DNA of 64,000 nt from an uncultured Ignavibacteriales bacterium (GCA_964523575.1 CAZGAV010000011.1:2294-66293); one strand, 5' to 3'; positions 25,309 to 34,786 are shown, counted from the first letter of the stretch. Notes: generated by a model from the letters alone, not told the origin. Translations and numbers: made by a program.

Positions 25309-27726
25309 TCAGGGACAGCAGAATTCCTGAGGTCCCGGACCGGCTTTGAAAACGTAGCCGATCAGGTACACCGCATCGGCGATATTGGTCTCGCCGTCGT
25401 TGTTGGCGTCGCCGGAGCAGAGCGGATCCGGAGCCGGACCGCTCTTGAAGACATAATTGATCAGGAACACCGCGTCGGCCACATTAACGTCGCCGTCGCC
25501 GTTGGCGTCGCCGCAAACGTAATCGCAGACGTCACCGATACCGTTGCTGTTGGCGTCGGCCTGATCCGGGTTGTAAACATCGGGGCAATTATCGCAACCG
25601 TCCGGGAACCCATCAGCGTCAGTATCGACGTTATCGTCGAATCCCGGACAGATGTCACAACCGTCGGGGACGCCGTCGGCATCGGTATCGACATTATCGT
25701 CGAATCCCGGACAGATATCGCATCCGTCGGGTACGCCGTCGGCGTCGGCATCGACGTTATCGTCGAATCCCGGGCATATGTCGCAGGCGTCGCCGACGCC
25801 GTCGCCGTCGACATCTTCCTGGCCGGGATTGGCGACATCGGGACAATTATCGCAAACGTCGCCGATTCCGTCGAAATCGACATCGTCCTGTCCCGGGTTG
25901 TACAGCGCCGGGCAGTTGTCAACGTCATCGCCGATCCCGTCGCCGTCGGAATCGACAATGATTCCGGTGGGGGCAAAATGGATGAAAATACTGGTGTCGG
26001 GATCGTTATAATGTCGATATTCCCAGATTATCTTGGTGCCGTGATCGGAATAAGCGGAGCTATGCACGTCATTGATGACGACATCGTCGGGGACGGTGTT
26101 GACGATGCTCGGCGCTCCCCAGGTGGCCCCGGCATCCTCGGAGATCGTCTGATATAACGTATCGCCGCGCACAAATGAACAGGCGAAAACGTTGCTCGCG
26201 ACATGCGTCACGCGCGGGTGCCGTTCGCTGTCGGTGGTAGCCACGACCGTCGACTGCAGGAGATTTTCCATGTCGGAGCCGCCGGCGTAGAAGCAGATGA
26301 TATCGACGTCATCGGGAGCTCCATCGGTATAGTATTCCATGACAATGACGATGTTGCCGTTGTTGGCCGCGACATCCGGGTAGCGAATATTTTCGCCGGC
26401 ATTGAGGCTGTAGGTGACAGCCCCGCCGATTACGGCGTCTTCCATATCGGCAAAATTATCGCGCCGTAAAAGAAGGAAGCGCTGAGAGACGCCGGCATCG
26501 TAGGGATCATAAACGGTATAGCCATAGTGAGTCACGTGGTCGATGTCGACCGCCGTCGAAAGACACCCGGTAAAACCGTCGATCCAGGTCAGCGACGCAT
26601 AACCGGTAGAGATGGTGGTATCGTATTGATAGAAAAAGAAGGGGCCGTCAATAATATCCTGATAGCTGAGAACATGGGAAATGAGGCCGAAACGGTATTC
26701 ACCAGGGAAATAGGTGAACTCCTGGGAGCTGTCGCAGGCGATATCGGCCATCTTCATACTGTTGACGCCGTATTGCTCCCAGTTCCAGGTACTGAGGCCG
26801 AAAGTCGCCACGGCCATCGGATTATCAATAGTGATCAACTGGGTATTGGCGCCGCTATTCTGGGAGGCCTTGGGGACGAAGGTCGCGTAAAATTCAGTGC
26901 CCCAGCCCCAAAAATCGGCCGCGGGATAAGAATAATCTCCCGTAAACGAGCCGGCGCTGGGGAAGGACATGCCGTCATCGTCCGAACCGGCCCAGATGAC
27001 AGCCGTATCGTTCGTGTTCGACTCGTAAGCCATAAGCAGGGTACCGTTGCCGGCGTCGGCCAGGATGGGATGAATGAAGGCCGAATCCATGACATAGGTA
27101 ATATCCTCGGCCGTGCAATCGAGGACATAATCGCCGGAGGGATTGCTGGAAAAATCGCCGTCAACGACGATATAATAGGTGGAACCGGCATTCATGACGA
27201 CGCCCGTCAAAATTGACCGCAAACCGCATCCGAATCGGATGGCCGCAACCAGCGTATCGGCGTTGGTGCGGTAGACCCAGAGATTGGTCATGTACGACGA
27301 TTCGCAGAGGCTGATATCGACCAACTGGTTGACCGGCGGCGAATAGGAATAGACGACGTCGGGCGAGTGACCGATATTGCCAACGGACGCCTCCTGGTAA
27401 TCATCGGCGTACCCGACGGTCGTCCCGGAATCCAGGTAAGGCATGGAAGTAATCACGGTAGCGGAGGCAATATCCTCGCCGCCCTGCCGGCTTCCGGAAT
27501 TGAGCAGTTGGGAAGGAGTGAGATCGTTGATGGAGATTGTCTCACCTTCGGCCGTCAGCCGCTGGGGCGCCTGCGATACTTTTTCCGCCTGGGGTCGGTT
27601 CAAAACCAATCCCTTGGGATTATTGGGCGAAAACCCCTCGTTCGAAGGAATCGCCCCGATCGCGCCGGCTATCAAGGCTATCAAAAAGGTGAGAGCCAGT
27701 CCCGCTGTCAGACATTGACGTTTCAT
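25309..27726 (-). CDS. Secreted BNR/Asp-box protein with thrombospondin type-3 repeats and C-terminal dockerin-like module
   Basis: Signal peptide. Asp-box SEDAGATW. A run of D-x-D-x-DG-x-x-D-x-C-D-x-CP repeats (DSDGDGIGDDVDNCP...). The last 69 aa are GDANGDGDVNVADAVFLINYVF / GDANNDGETNIADAVYLIGYVF ending in CCP. Confidence 0.85.
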   Translation of the reverse strand: MKRQCLTAGLALTFLIALIAGAIGAIPSNEGFSPNNPKGLVLNRPQAEKVSQAPQRLTAEGETISINDLTPSQLLNSGSRQGGEDIASATVITSMPYLDSGTTVGYADDYQEASVGNIGHSPDVVYSYSPPVNQLVDISLCESSYMTNLWVYRTNADTLVAAIRFGCGLRSILTGVVMNAGSTYYIVVDGDFSSNPSGDYVLDCTAEDITYVMDSAFIHPILADAGNGTLLMAYESNTNDTAVIWAGSDDDGMSFPSAGSFTGDYSYPAADFWGWGTEFYATFVPKASQNSGANTQLITIDNPMAVATFGLSTWNWEQYGVNSMKMADIACDSSQEFTYFPGEYRFGLISHVLSYQDIIDGPFFFYQYDTTISTGYASLTWIDGFTGCLSTAVDIDHVTHYGYTVYDPYDAGVSQRFLLLRRDNFADMEDAVIGGAVTYSLNAGENIRYPDVAANNGNIVIVMEYYTDGAPDDVDIICFYAGGSDMENLLQSTVVATTDSERHPRVTHVASNVFACSFVRGDTLYQTISEDAGATWGAPSIVNTVPDDVVINDVHSSAYSDHGTKIIWEYRHYNDPDTSIFIHFAPTGIIVDSDGDGIGDDVDNCPALYNPGQDDVDFDGIGDVCDNCPDVANPGQEDVDGDGVGDACDICPGFDDNVDADADGVPDGCDICPGFDDNVDTDADGVPDGCDICPGFDDNVDTDADGFPDGCDNCPDVYNPDQADANSNGIGDVCDYVCGDANGDGDVNVADAVFLINYVFKSGPAPDPLCSGDANNDGETNIADAVYLIGYVFKAGPGPQEFCCP
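25624..25812 (-). repeat. Three tandem 63-bp coding repeats (TSP3-like unit DICPGFDDNVDxDADGxPDGC)
   Basis: Units are 25624-25686, 25687-25749 and 25750-25812. Units 1 and 2 differ at 7 of 63 positions. Unit 3 matches for its first ~27 nt and then diverges. Confidence 0.85.
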
Positions 27727-28265
27727 GACATAATCCTCCTACTGGTTAGCATGATGCGACGCCGCCGCTTCCGTTTCCGGCAGGCCGGAGCCCGGCTCAA
27801 TCCTCAGAAAGAGAACGGACGCCCGGCAATCGAAGAAAACTCCCGGACGCGTCGACATCTTCAAAGTTTAATATCACACAGTATCTTTCGGTACGGAGGG
27901 TGATGACAGGTGGGGACCATAAAACGTTACTGCGGTATCGAAAACACCGCCGGCCGAAAATAACCGGCGCCGTTTTATGACGGTGATAAGACGGGCGGAC
28001 GGTCTACTGGGGGAAAGGGCCGCCCGCATTGGAGGATATTCTCACTTAAGGCGTTGAACATCGGTCTCACCGGCAGGTACATGGTCATCAAAAGCCTCCC
28101 GAATCTTGCGCTGGCTGACGTATCCTCCTTTCTTTCTTTATTCGAAAATCCCCGCTGTTTGTTTCACGCGGCCTCGGAATTATTCGCCGCCAAGGGATTT
28201 CGAATATGACGCTTCACAAATTAATATAAGTCCAATTTCTATTTTTCCACGCTTATATTTTCATA

Positions 28266-30950
28266 TTATTCGGCGATAACCCTTTCCTCCCGGCCGACCG
28301 CCTCAAGAATTAAAGCCGTCTGAAAAGCTCTTTCAATCGCCTCCATAGTAACCGGGACCAGGGGCAATAAATGTCGCTCAACAACCTTTTGCCGAATGAC
28401 TATCCGCCGCCGCATAATGATCTCGCCGTCCCGGCGCAGGGTGTCGCCGGTGATATCGCACAGTTCATTGCTCAATGAAAAGGAATCGGAAACATCGCTG
28501 ATCCTCTCCGGCAGTCCACCGCTCAAAACGACGTCTATCTCCACGGTCGTCGGCTGATAAAAGACGAATTCCCGGTCAAAACAGAGGTTTTTCCAATAGC
28601 CGGTCGGAATCGTCGGATCGTTCCATTCCATTGTGCCCACCAGCCGGTTGCCGATACTCGATAGCTGACATCGATTCTGCATGCCCAGCGCCTCAAAGGT
28701 ATCCGAATGGGCCGTATGCGAAATCCGGTCGAACGAAATCAGGACGGCAGAGGGAAGAAAGCCGCGCAAAATAGACTGCGCCGCCTGAAGCTGGCTGAGA
28801 GACTGCAGGGATTGAGCCTTCAGGTTTTCATCGACCAGGCGGGCGATATTGCCCCGGGCTTCGAGATGAAAAGTGCCCGACAGCCAGTCCAGATCGACCC
28901 GGTCAAACGTTTCGGTAATCGAGACTCGGTTGCGATCCGGCTCATCGACTTCAATCGTCTGCGGTCGGCCGCCGTCGTTTATAATCAGGCCTTCCGTGCC
29001 CTGATATACCGGCGGGCAGGATTCGAATACGGCATGGCGGTTGGCCGCATCCAGATAATACCAGCGATCATCCAGACGCACCCGGATGAAAACATGGTCG
29101 AATTGGTCGCTGGGCAGGTCATCGAAAACGATACCATATTGCGACGACACCGCCACCAGTTGCGCTTCCAGATCCAGCTTTTTGCATACCAGATACAGCA
29201 GATAAGACTTATCCTTGCAATCGGCTACCCCGGAACGGATAATGGCTTCGGCCCGGCCCGGTTTGCCGATGAGCCGGAACGACGAGTCCATGGCGGCATA
29301 CTTCAGTTTGTCCCGTATCCAGTAAAAGGCCCGGCGCAAGGCTTCCCCGGCTGAACGACTCCCGGCGACAAAATCGAACAAAGGCGCCGGCAGGTCTTCA
29401 TCGCCGCTGAGCTTGCCGAAATTGTGAATCAACACCGATTGGGCCACCTCGGACCAGTCTTTCAACTCCGTGGCGCAGGCGATGACCGGGTTACTGCCGT
29501 AACTGCCGAAATAGGAATTGGTGTTCCGAACCGGCACATAGCGATGAATCGTCAATGATGTCACCTGATATTCTTCATCGTCGGATTCCTTCATCTCGAT
29601 ATCGGCCTGCCGATCCTTGCGACTGCATTTCAACCGTTGATCCTTCGGAGCCATGATCTTTGTCTTGCCGATAAAAGTCGGAAGTTGGGGATCCTGAATA
29701 GTACTGACGATGGAAAGCGGCACCCGGTCGTCGGCCACTGAAAAACTCTCCCGGCAGAGCAGACGATAACCCAATTCGACGATGTCGCCGGCGGAGAGGT
29801 CGGGCAAAATCCATGAACCCGATTTTTCCTGCTCGGTCGTGATATAAATATTCCGGGTCGGGCTGTCGCCGACCACAAACCGCTCCATCGGCAGATCAAT
29901 GACGGCGCCGTCGGCCTTGATAATCCGGCAGGCGGAGAAAAGGAGAATCTGCCGGGTGGAAAAATCGAATCCGACCCGCGACAACATCCGAGCCGCCACC
30001 GGGCGGCGGATCTCGAACGTCTCCCGCACTTTTTTGAGACACCATTCGTTGAATCCGAGCTGATAAACCTGGTCATATTCCAGGACCACCAGCCCATGAT
30101 GATCTTCCAGCTTCCAGTCGCGGCTCCGGTCGCGCAGTTGGTTTATGGACTCGACGGGGGAAAACCAGGTATCCCGCACCCCCGCTCGATAACGGTCGCC
30201 GGCAAAATCGGCCTGACCGTAAACCATCATTTTCAGTATATATTTTTCGAATTCCGGGGCTTTTTTAAGCTTATGGCAGGCCTCGGCCATGTATCCGAAG
30301 ACATGCGGATTTTTATCCGAATACCCGAGGTATTCCTCCAGCGATTCAAGAGCTATGGCGAAATTATCGTTTGTATAATGATCGAATCCGGCCCGCATGA
30401 TATCATAGTCCGGGTACTTGTCCCGAACCGTCCTCGTCTCCACCTTGTATGAAAAATCATAATCCAGACTCTTGAATTTAAGAACCGTTTTGGTTATCGG
30501 GCGTAGTTGGGGCGTCAGCAGTCGGATACGGCTCGTGTCGTCATTGGTCTTGGTGTCAATCCCGAAGGCCTGATCGATTTCTCCATTTTCATATACGAAT
30601 TTGGCGTCCTTCAGAACCAGATTGGGCGCGCCTGTCAGAAAAATATTTGAATAAATGATTCGGCGCGGGACAAAATAGACGATCTCCATCTCGCCTTCGC
30701 TCTGGTGCATGTTGATATATAGCTCGTACTTGTCAACGGGACGTCCGCGCAAGATCGAAATAACAGCGTAAAATATCCGACGCCAAATCGAAAAATCCGG
30801 GCGGAGCCGCCCGTCTTCCATATGCGGATTCAAGTTGACCCCCCATGCCTGAAGTGATTGGTCGGCTCGGCCTTCGTTGACGAGCTTAACCATCAATTCC
30901 CCCAGTTTAAAGAGGATTAAAGCCGCCGCGAAAAAACCGATAAATTCCAA
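28266..30950 (-). CDS. Membrane-anchored large protein with transglutaminase-like Cys-His-Asp core
   Basis: 894 aa with an N-terminal TM helix. The core is GVADCKDKSYLLYLVCKKL...FDHVFIRVRLDDRWYYLDA (Cys, His, Asp in transglutaminase-fold order). The preceding region resembles the DUF3857-type N-domains that accompany such cores. Confidence 0.75.
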   Translation of the reverse strand: MEFIGFFAAALILFKLGELMVKLVNEGRADQSLQAWGVNLNPHMEDGRLRPDFSIWRRIFYAVISILRGRPVDKYELYINMHQSEGEMEIVYFVPRRIIYSNIFLTGAPNLVLKDAKFVYENGEIDQAFGIDTKTNDDTSRIRLLTPQLRPITKTVLKFKSLDYDFSYKVETRTVRDKYPDYDIMRAGFDHYTNDNFAIALESLEEYLGYSDKNPHVFGYMAEACHKLKKAPEFEKYILKMMVYGQADFAGDRYRAGVRDTWFSPVESINQLRDRSRDWKLEDHHGLVVLEYDQVYQLGFNEWCLKKVRETFEIRRPVAARMLSRVGFDFSTRQILLFSACRIIKADGAVIDLPMERFVVGDSPTRNIYITTEQEKSGSWILPDLSAGDIVELGYRLLCRESFSVADDRVPLSIVSTIQDPQLPTFIGKTKIMAPKDQRLKCSRKDRQADIEMKESDDEEYQVTSLTIHRYVPVRNTNSYFGSYGSNPVIACATELKDWSEVAQSVLIHNFGKLSGDEDLPAPLFDFVAGSRSAGEALRRAFYWIRDKLKYAAMDSSFRLIGKPGRAEAIIRSGVADCKDKSYLLYLVCKKLDLEAQLVAVSSQYGIVFDDLPSDQFDHVFIRVRLDDRWYYLDAANRHAVFESCPPVYQGTEGLIINDGGRPQTIEVDEPDRNRVSITETFDRVDLDWLSGTFHLEARGNIARLVDENLKAQSLQSLSQLQAAQSILRGFLPSAVLISFDRISHTAHSDTFEALGMQNRCQLSSIGNRLVGTMEWNDPTIPTGYWKNLCFDREFVFYQPTTVEIDVVLSGGLPERISDVSDSFSLSNELCDITGDTLRRDGEIIMRRRIVIRQKVVERHLLPLVPVTMEAIERAFQTALILEAVGREERVIAE

Positions 30951-31115
30951 GAGATACTCCCGGGCTTCGGCATTTAAAATGAATGATATTAATACGGCTC
31001 CGACTGGGCCATTAACATCTATTATAATTTAGATCAGAAAGTAAATTTATGCAAGCACAACTTGAAGTGGCAGACGGGAATTGGAGCCTCGCGGCTTAAA
31101 GATACAGAGGGAAAA

Positions 31116-31880
31116 TCAAATTTTCTCGCGTTCGGCGACGCCCGGCGCCAGGTTCAGTATTTCCGGAACCGATCGGAGAACGGGTACATCATTGGGAAGG
31201 GAATCGGGATAATTCATGCCCGGCCGGTATTTCAAAACGCCGACCAGACCGGCCTTCCGGGCTCCCAGAACATCAACGTCATACCGGTCGCCGACATAGA
31301 TCATTTCCCTCGGTTCAAGTCCCGATCGGGTCACAGCCGCCTCAAAGACGGCCGGGTGCGGTTTGCGGTAACCGATCTCCGGGGAGTAGACCGTTATATC
31401 CAGATAGGGTTGCAATCCCAGGCGGACCAGATCGGAGTTCGGATATTCCGGGGCATACAGAGTATTGGATATTATACCCGTCAGGTAACCGCGTTCCTTG
31501 AGTCGGCGAAGCGTTTCCACCCCTCTCTCGCAAACCTGCATATACTTTTGAGCCTCAGTATAGACCATACGAATGAAGCGGGCGCTCACGGCCGCCGGAT
31601 CATCAACCCCGAACTCGGCCAGCAACGCCGCCGGGGCATCCGTCGCTTTCCATTCCCTCAGGGACTCACGATCAGCCGGGCGGCATTCGGACTTCAACTG
31701 TTCCAGCCGTTCATGAAATATGCCGAAAGGCGGCAGAGGGTACCCCCGGGCAACCAGATCGTCATAGCCCCGCTTATGCCCCTCGAGGTCGATCATGCGC
31801 CAGTCATGACCGCCATACTCGATCAAAGTATAGCCCAGATCGAAAAAAACGCCTTTGATATGCCGGAAGTCCATAATCAA
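31116..31880 (-). CDS. HAD-superfamily hydrolase
   Basis: Motif I GVFFDLGYTL (the second Asp is replaced), motif III/IV ...YVGDRYDVDVLGARKAG. Confidence 0.85.
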   Translation of the reverse strand: MIMDFRHIKGVFFDLGYTLIEYGGHDWRMIDLEGHKRGYDDLVARGYPLPPFGIFHERLEQLKSECRPADRESLREWKATDAPAALLAEFGVDDPAAVSARFIRMVYTEAQKYMQVCERGVETLRRLKERGYLTGIISNTLYAPEYPNSDLVRLGLQPYLDITVYSPEIGYRKPHPAVFEAAVTRSGLEPREMIYVGDRYDVDVLGARKAGLVGVLKYRPGMNYPDSLPNDVPVLRSVPEILNLAPGVAEREKI

Positions 31881-31926
31881 TAAATCTCAGCGATATCAGG
31901 TTCATAATTATTCATCGCCGTCGTCA

Positions 31927-33126
31927 TTAATAAAGCCGCTCGGCTTCGACCGTGTCCCCGGCCGCCAGAGTTCTTATGTCCACGTTCATGAGTATGAAGC
32001 CGTTGATGCCTTTGATCGATGACAGTCGTCCCGAATCCTGCCGGAGCGAAGGATAAGCCACGATTTGGTTTCCTTCTTCCTGTAATTTTACGCCTATCAG
32101 ATTAAGCCTGTCGCCCTGCACTGTCACGTCATCATGAAGGACGGCCTGCACCCGACTCGGCTCGCAGTCCTGCCCCATCATCCGAGCAATGACCCGTCGG
32201 ACATAGAGATGATACCCGGCCACGACACTGACCGGGTTGCCGGGAAGACTCAATATCCAGCTGTCGTCGATGCGGGCAAAAAGAATCGGTTTACCCGGTT
32301 TGACCAGAGCCTTATGGAACAGGATTTCTCCTCCCGATTGCCGGATAACATCCGGGAGATAATCGAAATCCCCCATCGACACTCCGCCGGTGGTGATAAC
32401 CAGATCGGAAGCTTCAAGACATCTCTTCAAAACCTCTTTCAACGATTCCTTATTATCCGGCACCATTGTCACGATTTCTCCTTGTGGAAGCCCCAATTTT
32501 TCGATAAGGGCCTGCAAAACACTCCGATTGGAATCATAGATTTGTCCCGGAAGCAACGGCGTGCCGGGTTGAGCCAGCTCCGACCCACTGCAAAGCAGGG
32601 CTGTCCGGGGTCGTGGAATAACCGATACGCGCGTCAATCCCACCGAGGCCAGAACGCCGATGTCAACCGGCGTCAGGCTTTCCCCGGCTCGAAAGAGGCT
32701 GTCTCCGACGTGGATATCATCGCCGACCGGACGGACATATTGCCCCTTGGCGACACCGTCGGCGATAAGTACCTGATTCCCTTCAAAACTGACGTCCTCG
32801 ACCTTGATCACCGTGTCGGCCCCGGATATCACCGGAGCGCCGGTCATGACTTTCACGGCATAGCCCGGCTTGAGGTTTTGATCGGGGCTGTCCCCGGCGG
32901 CCACGACCGATTGCAGAGGCAAGGACCATGGTTGACCGCCGGTCAAATCGGCTATTCGGACGGCGATACCGTCCATTTTCGAGCCTTCGAATTCGGGCAC
33001 ATTGATGGGCGACAAGACATCATTGGCCAGGGTGCATCCGACCGCTTGCAACAAGGGGACGTCCACCGGCGGCAGAGAACCGACGGCCCGGTCAATAATA
33101 TTCTTGGCCTCCTGCAGGGTAATCAT
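31927..33126 (-). CDS. moeA: Molybdopterin molybdenumtransferase MoeA
   Basis: 399 aa with the typical MoeA layout and motifs (SPINVP, MDGIAV, GAPV..GADTV, TTGGVSMGDFDY). Confidence 0.95.
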   Translation of the reverse strand: MITLQEAKNIIDRAVGSLPPVDVPLLQAVGCTLANDVLSPINVPEFEGSKMDGIAVRIADLTGGQPWSLPLQSVVAAGDSPDQNLKPGYAVKVMTGAPVISGADTVIKVEDVSFEGNQVLIADGVAKGQYVRPVGDDIHVGDSLFRAGESLTPVDIGVLASVGLTRVSVIPRPRTALLCSGSELAQPGTPLLPGQIYDSNRSVLQALIEKLGLPQGEIVTMVPDNKESLKEVLKRCLEASDLVITTGGVSMGDFDYLPDVIRQSGGEILFHKALVKPGKPILFARIDDSWILSLPGNPVSVVAGYHLYVRRVIARMMGQDCEPSRVQAVLHDDVTVQGDRLNLIGVKLQEEGNQIVAYPSLRQDSGRLSSIKGINGFILMNVDIRTLAAGDTVEAERLY

Positions 33127-33127
33127 C

Positions 33128-33571
33128 TCAGCTTAAAATCCTTATGTCATCCCCTTCGCGCAGTTTTCCCCCGGATAGAACGCGGGCAAAGACGCCTTCG
33201 CGGGGCATGATGCAATCGCCGACCAACTGGCGGATAATACAACCTTTGTGGCATTCCTTGCCGATCTGAATCACTTCGACTTCCACCGAGGCGCCCAATT
33301 GTATCCGGGTGCCGACCGCCACGTTGGTGAAATCAAGACCGACGGTGGTGATGTTCTCGGCGAAATCACCCGGCTTGACATCCAGGTCGGGATGTTCGAC
33401 CTTGACGAAACTTTCGTGTGGAAGGAGACTTAAGGGGCGATGCGAATGGCCGTGAGCATCGCCTTCAATACCTCCGCCGGCGACCACCTCGACTTCGCTG
33501 ACATTCTTCTTTTTTTGACCCTTTTGGGGTGAAATCGAGATGCGATAGATATGTGCGCCATTATTTTCCAT
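33128..33571 (-). CDS. MOSC-domain protein
   Basis: G.GIEGDAHG...PGDFAENITTVG...IGKECH pattern. I prefer the start at MENNGAH. The track ORF extends to 33628 through an Arg-rich stretch. Confidence 0.85.
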   Translation of the reverse strand: MENNGAHIYRISISPQKGQKKKNVSEVEVVAGGGIEGDAHGHSHRPLSLLPHESFVKVEHPDLDVKPGDFAENITTVGLDFTNVAVGTRIQLGASVEVEVIQIGKECHKGCIIRQLVGDCIMPREGVFARVLSGGKLREGDDIRILS

Positions 33572-33665
33572 GTTCCACCTTTTCCGCTGTCTCCGTCGGA
33601 TCGGAGATTTAATTTCGATCCCGCCCAAAACTCAGGTTCGGTTGTCGCATCAGAGCTTTCATGAC

Positions 33666-33767
33666 TTACTTTTCTTCCTCCGCCACGGCCGTCGCCCGAC
33701 GTTCGGTTTCCGGTTTGCCGCCGATATCAACCATGCGCGCCCGGCTTTGCGTCTCGACATGTGACAT
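33666..33767 (-). pseudogene. moaC: 33-codon remnant of moaC (cyclic pyranopterin monophosphate synthase N-terminus)
   Basis: An ATG 11 nt after the moaA stop encodes MSHVETQSRARMVDIGGKPETERRATAVAEEEK*. The segment RMVDIGGKPETERRATAVA matches the conserved MoaC N-terminal motif (compare E. coli HMVDVSAKAETVREARAEA). Only ~95 nt remain before the MOSC start, so there is no room for the remaining ~125 aa. Confidence 0.5.
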
Positions 33768-33778
33768 TTTTTTCAAAG

Positions 33779-34786
33779 TCAACCTCCCACCCGCCGCATG
33801 CACGGTTCCGGTTCCAGTACCGAAAAAAGCGACTGACAGCGCCGGAAACCGGGCGTGGCAATCAGCGACGTCAGGAAATCCACCAGGTTATCATCGTTTT
33901 CATATTGCTCGAGAATCCGGCCGATGTTCACCCCCTCGGCGCCGAATAAACAGCCAAAAATCTCGCCGTCGGAGGTCAGGCGCAGACGGTTGCATCCGGA
34001 GCAGAAATTGTGGCTGACCGCCGATATAAAGCTGACCCGCCCCGGCTGCCCCGAAACCCGATAACTTCGGGCCGGGCCGCCGGTGATGTCGCCGCCGATA
34101 ATCGGCTGTAATTCAAAATCGATTCTCGCTTTCATTTCATCTTCACCTATAAACCGATCCGCGCCCCATTTGGAATCAGCCGTGGGCATGAATTCGATCA
34201 GACGCAGGTCAATCGGCCGGGTCAGGGCCCATTCGGCCAGTCTCGGAATTTCATCGTCGTTGATTCCCCGGATAACCACGGTATTGACTTTGACCGAAGG
34301 AAAACGTCCGCATTCGATGGCGCTCATGATACTTTCGTAGACCCGTTCGAATCCATCAACCCCGGCGATCCGCCGGAAACGTTCGCGGTCGAGGGTGTCG
34401 AGGCTGATGTTGATGCGGTTCAGACCGGCCGCAATCAAATCCGGAATCATCCGTTTCAGGATCAAACCGTTGGTAGTGATACCGATTTGCGAGATCCCGT
34501 CGATGGCGGCGGTTTTTGCGACGAGGTCGACCAGACCCCGGCGCACGGTCGGTTCGCCCCCCGTGAATCGAATCTTCACGACGCCAAGGGAAGCGAAAAT
34601 ATCGATTAGCCGAATCAACTGCTCGTCGGTGAGGGGTTCGCGGGCCCGGAAGGTATCGGCTGCGGACCCGTAGCAATAGACACAGCGCAGGTTGCAACGA
34701 TTGGTCAGCGATACCCTCAGGTAAGTAATCTGTCGGTTGAAAACGTCGATCAGGCGTTTTCGATTATCGGAGTTATCCATAGTCAT
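33779..34786 (-). CDS. moaA: GTP 3',8-cyclase MoaA (radical SAM)
   Basis: CNLRCVYC cluster motif, a second cluster at CSGCNRLRLTSDG, and a C-terminal Gly-Gly. Confidence 0.95.
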   Translation of the reverse strand: MTMDNSDNRKRLIDVFNRQITYLRVSLTNRCNLRCVYCYGSAADTFRAREPLTDEQLIRLIDIFASLGVVKIRFTGGEPTVRRGLVDLVAKTAAIDGISQIGITTNGLILKRMIPDLIAAGLNRINISLDTLDRERFRRIAGVDGFERVYESIMSAIECGRFPSVKVNTVVIRGINDDEIPRLAEWALTRPIDLRLIEFMPTADSKWGADRFIGEDEMKARIDFELQPIIGGDITGGPARSYRVSGQPGRVSFISAVSHNFCSGCNRLRLTSDGEIFGCLFGAEGVNIGRILEQYENDDNLVDFLTSLIATPGFRRCQSLFSVLEPEPCMRRVGG

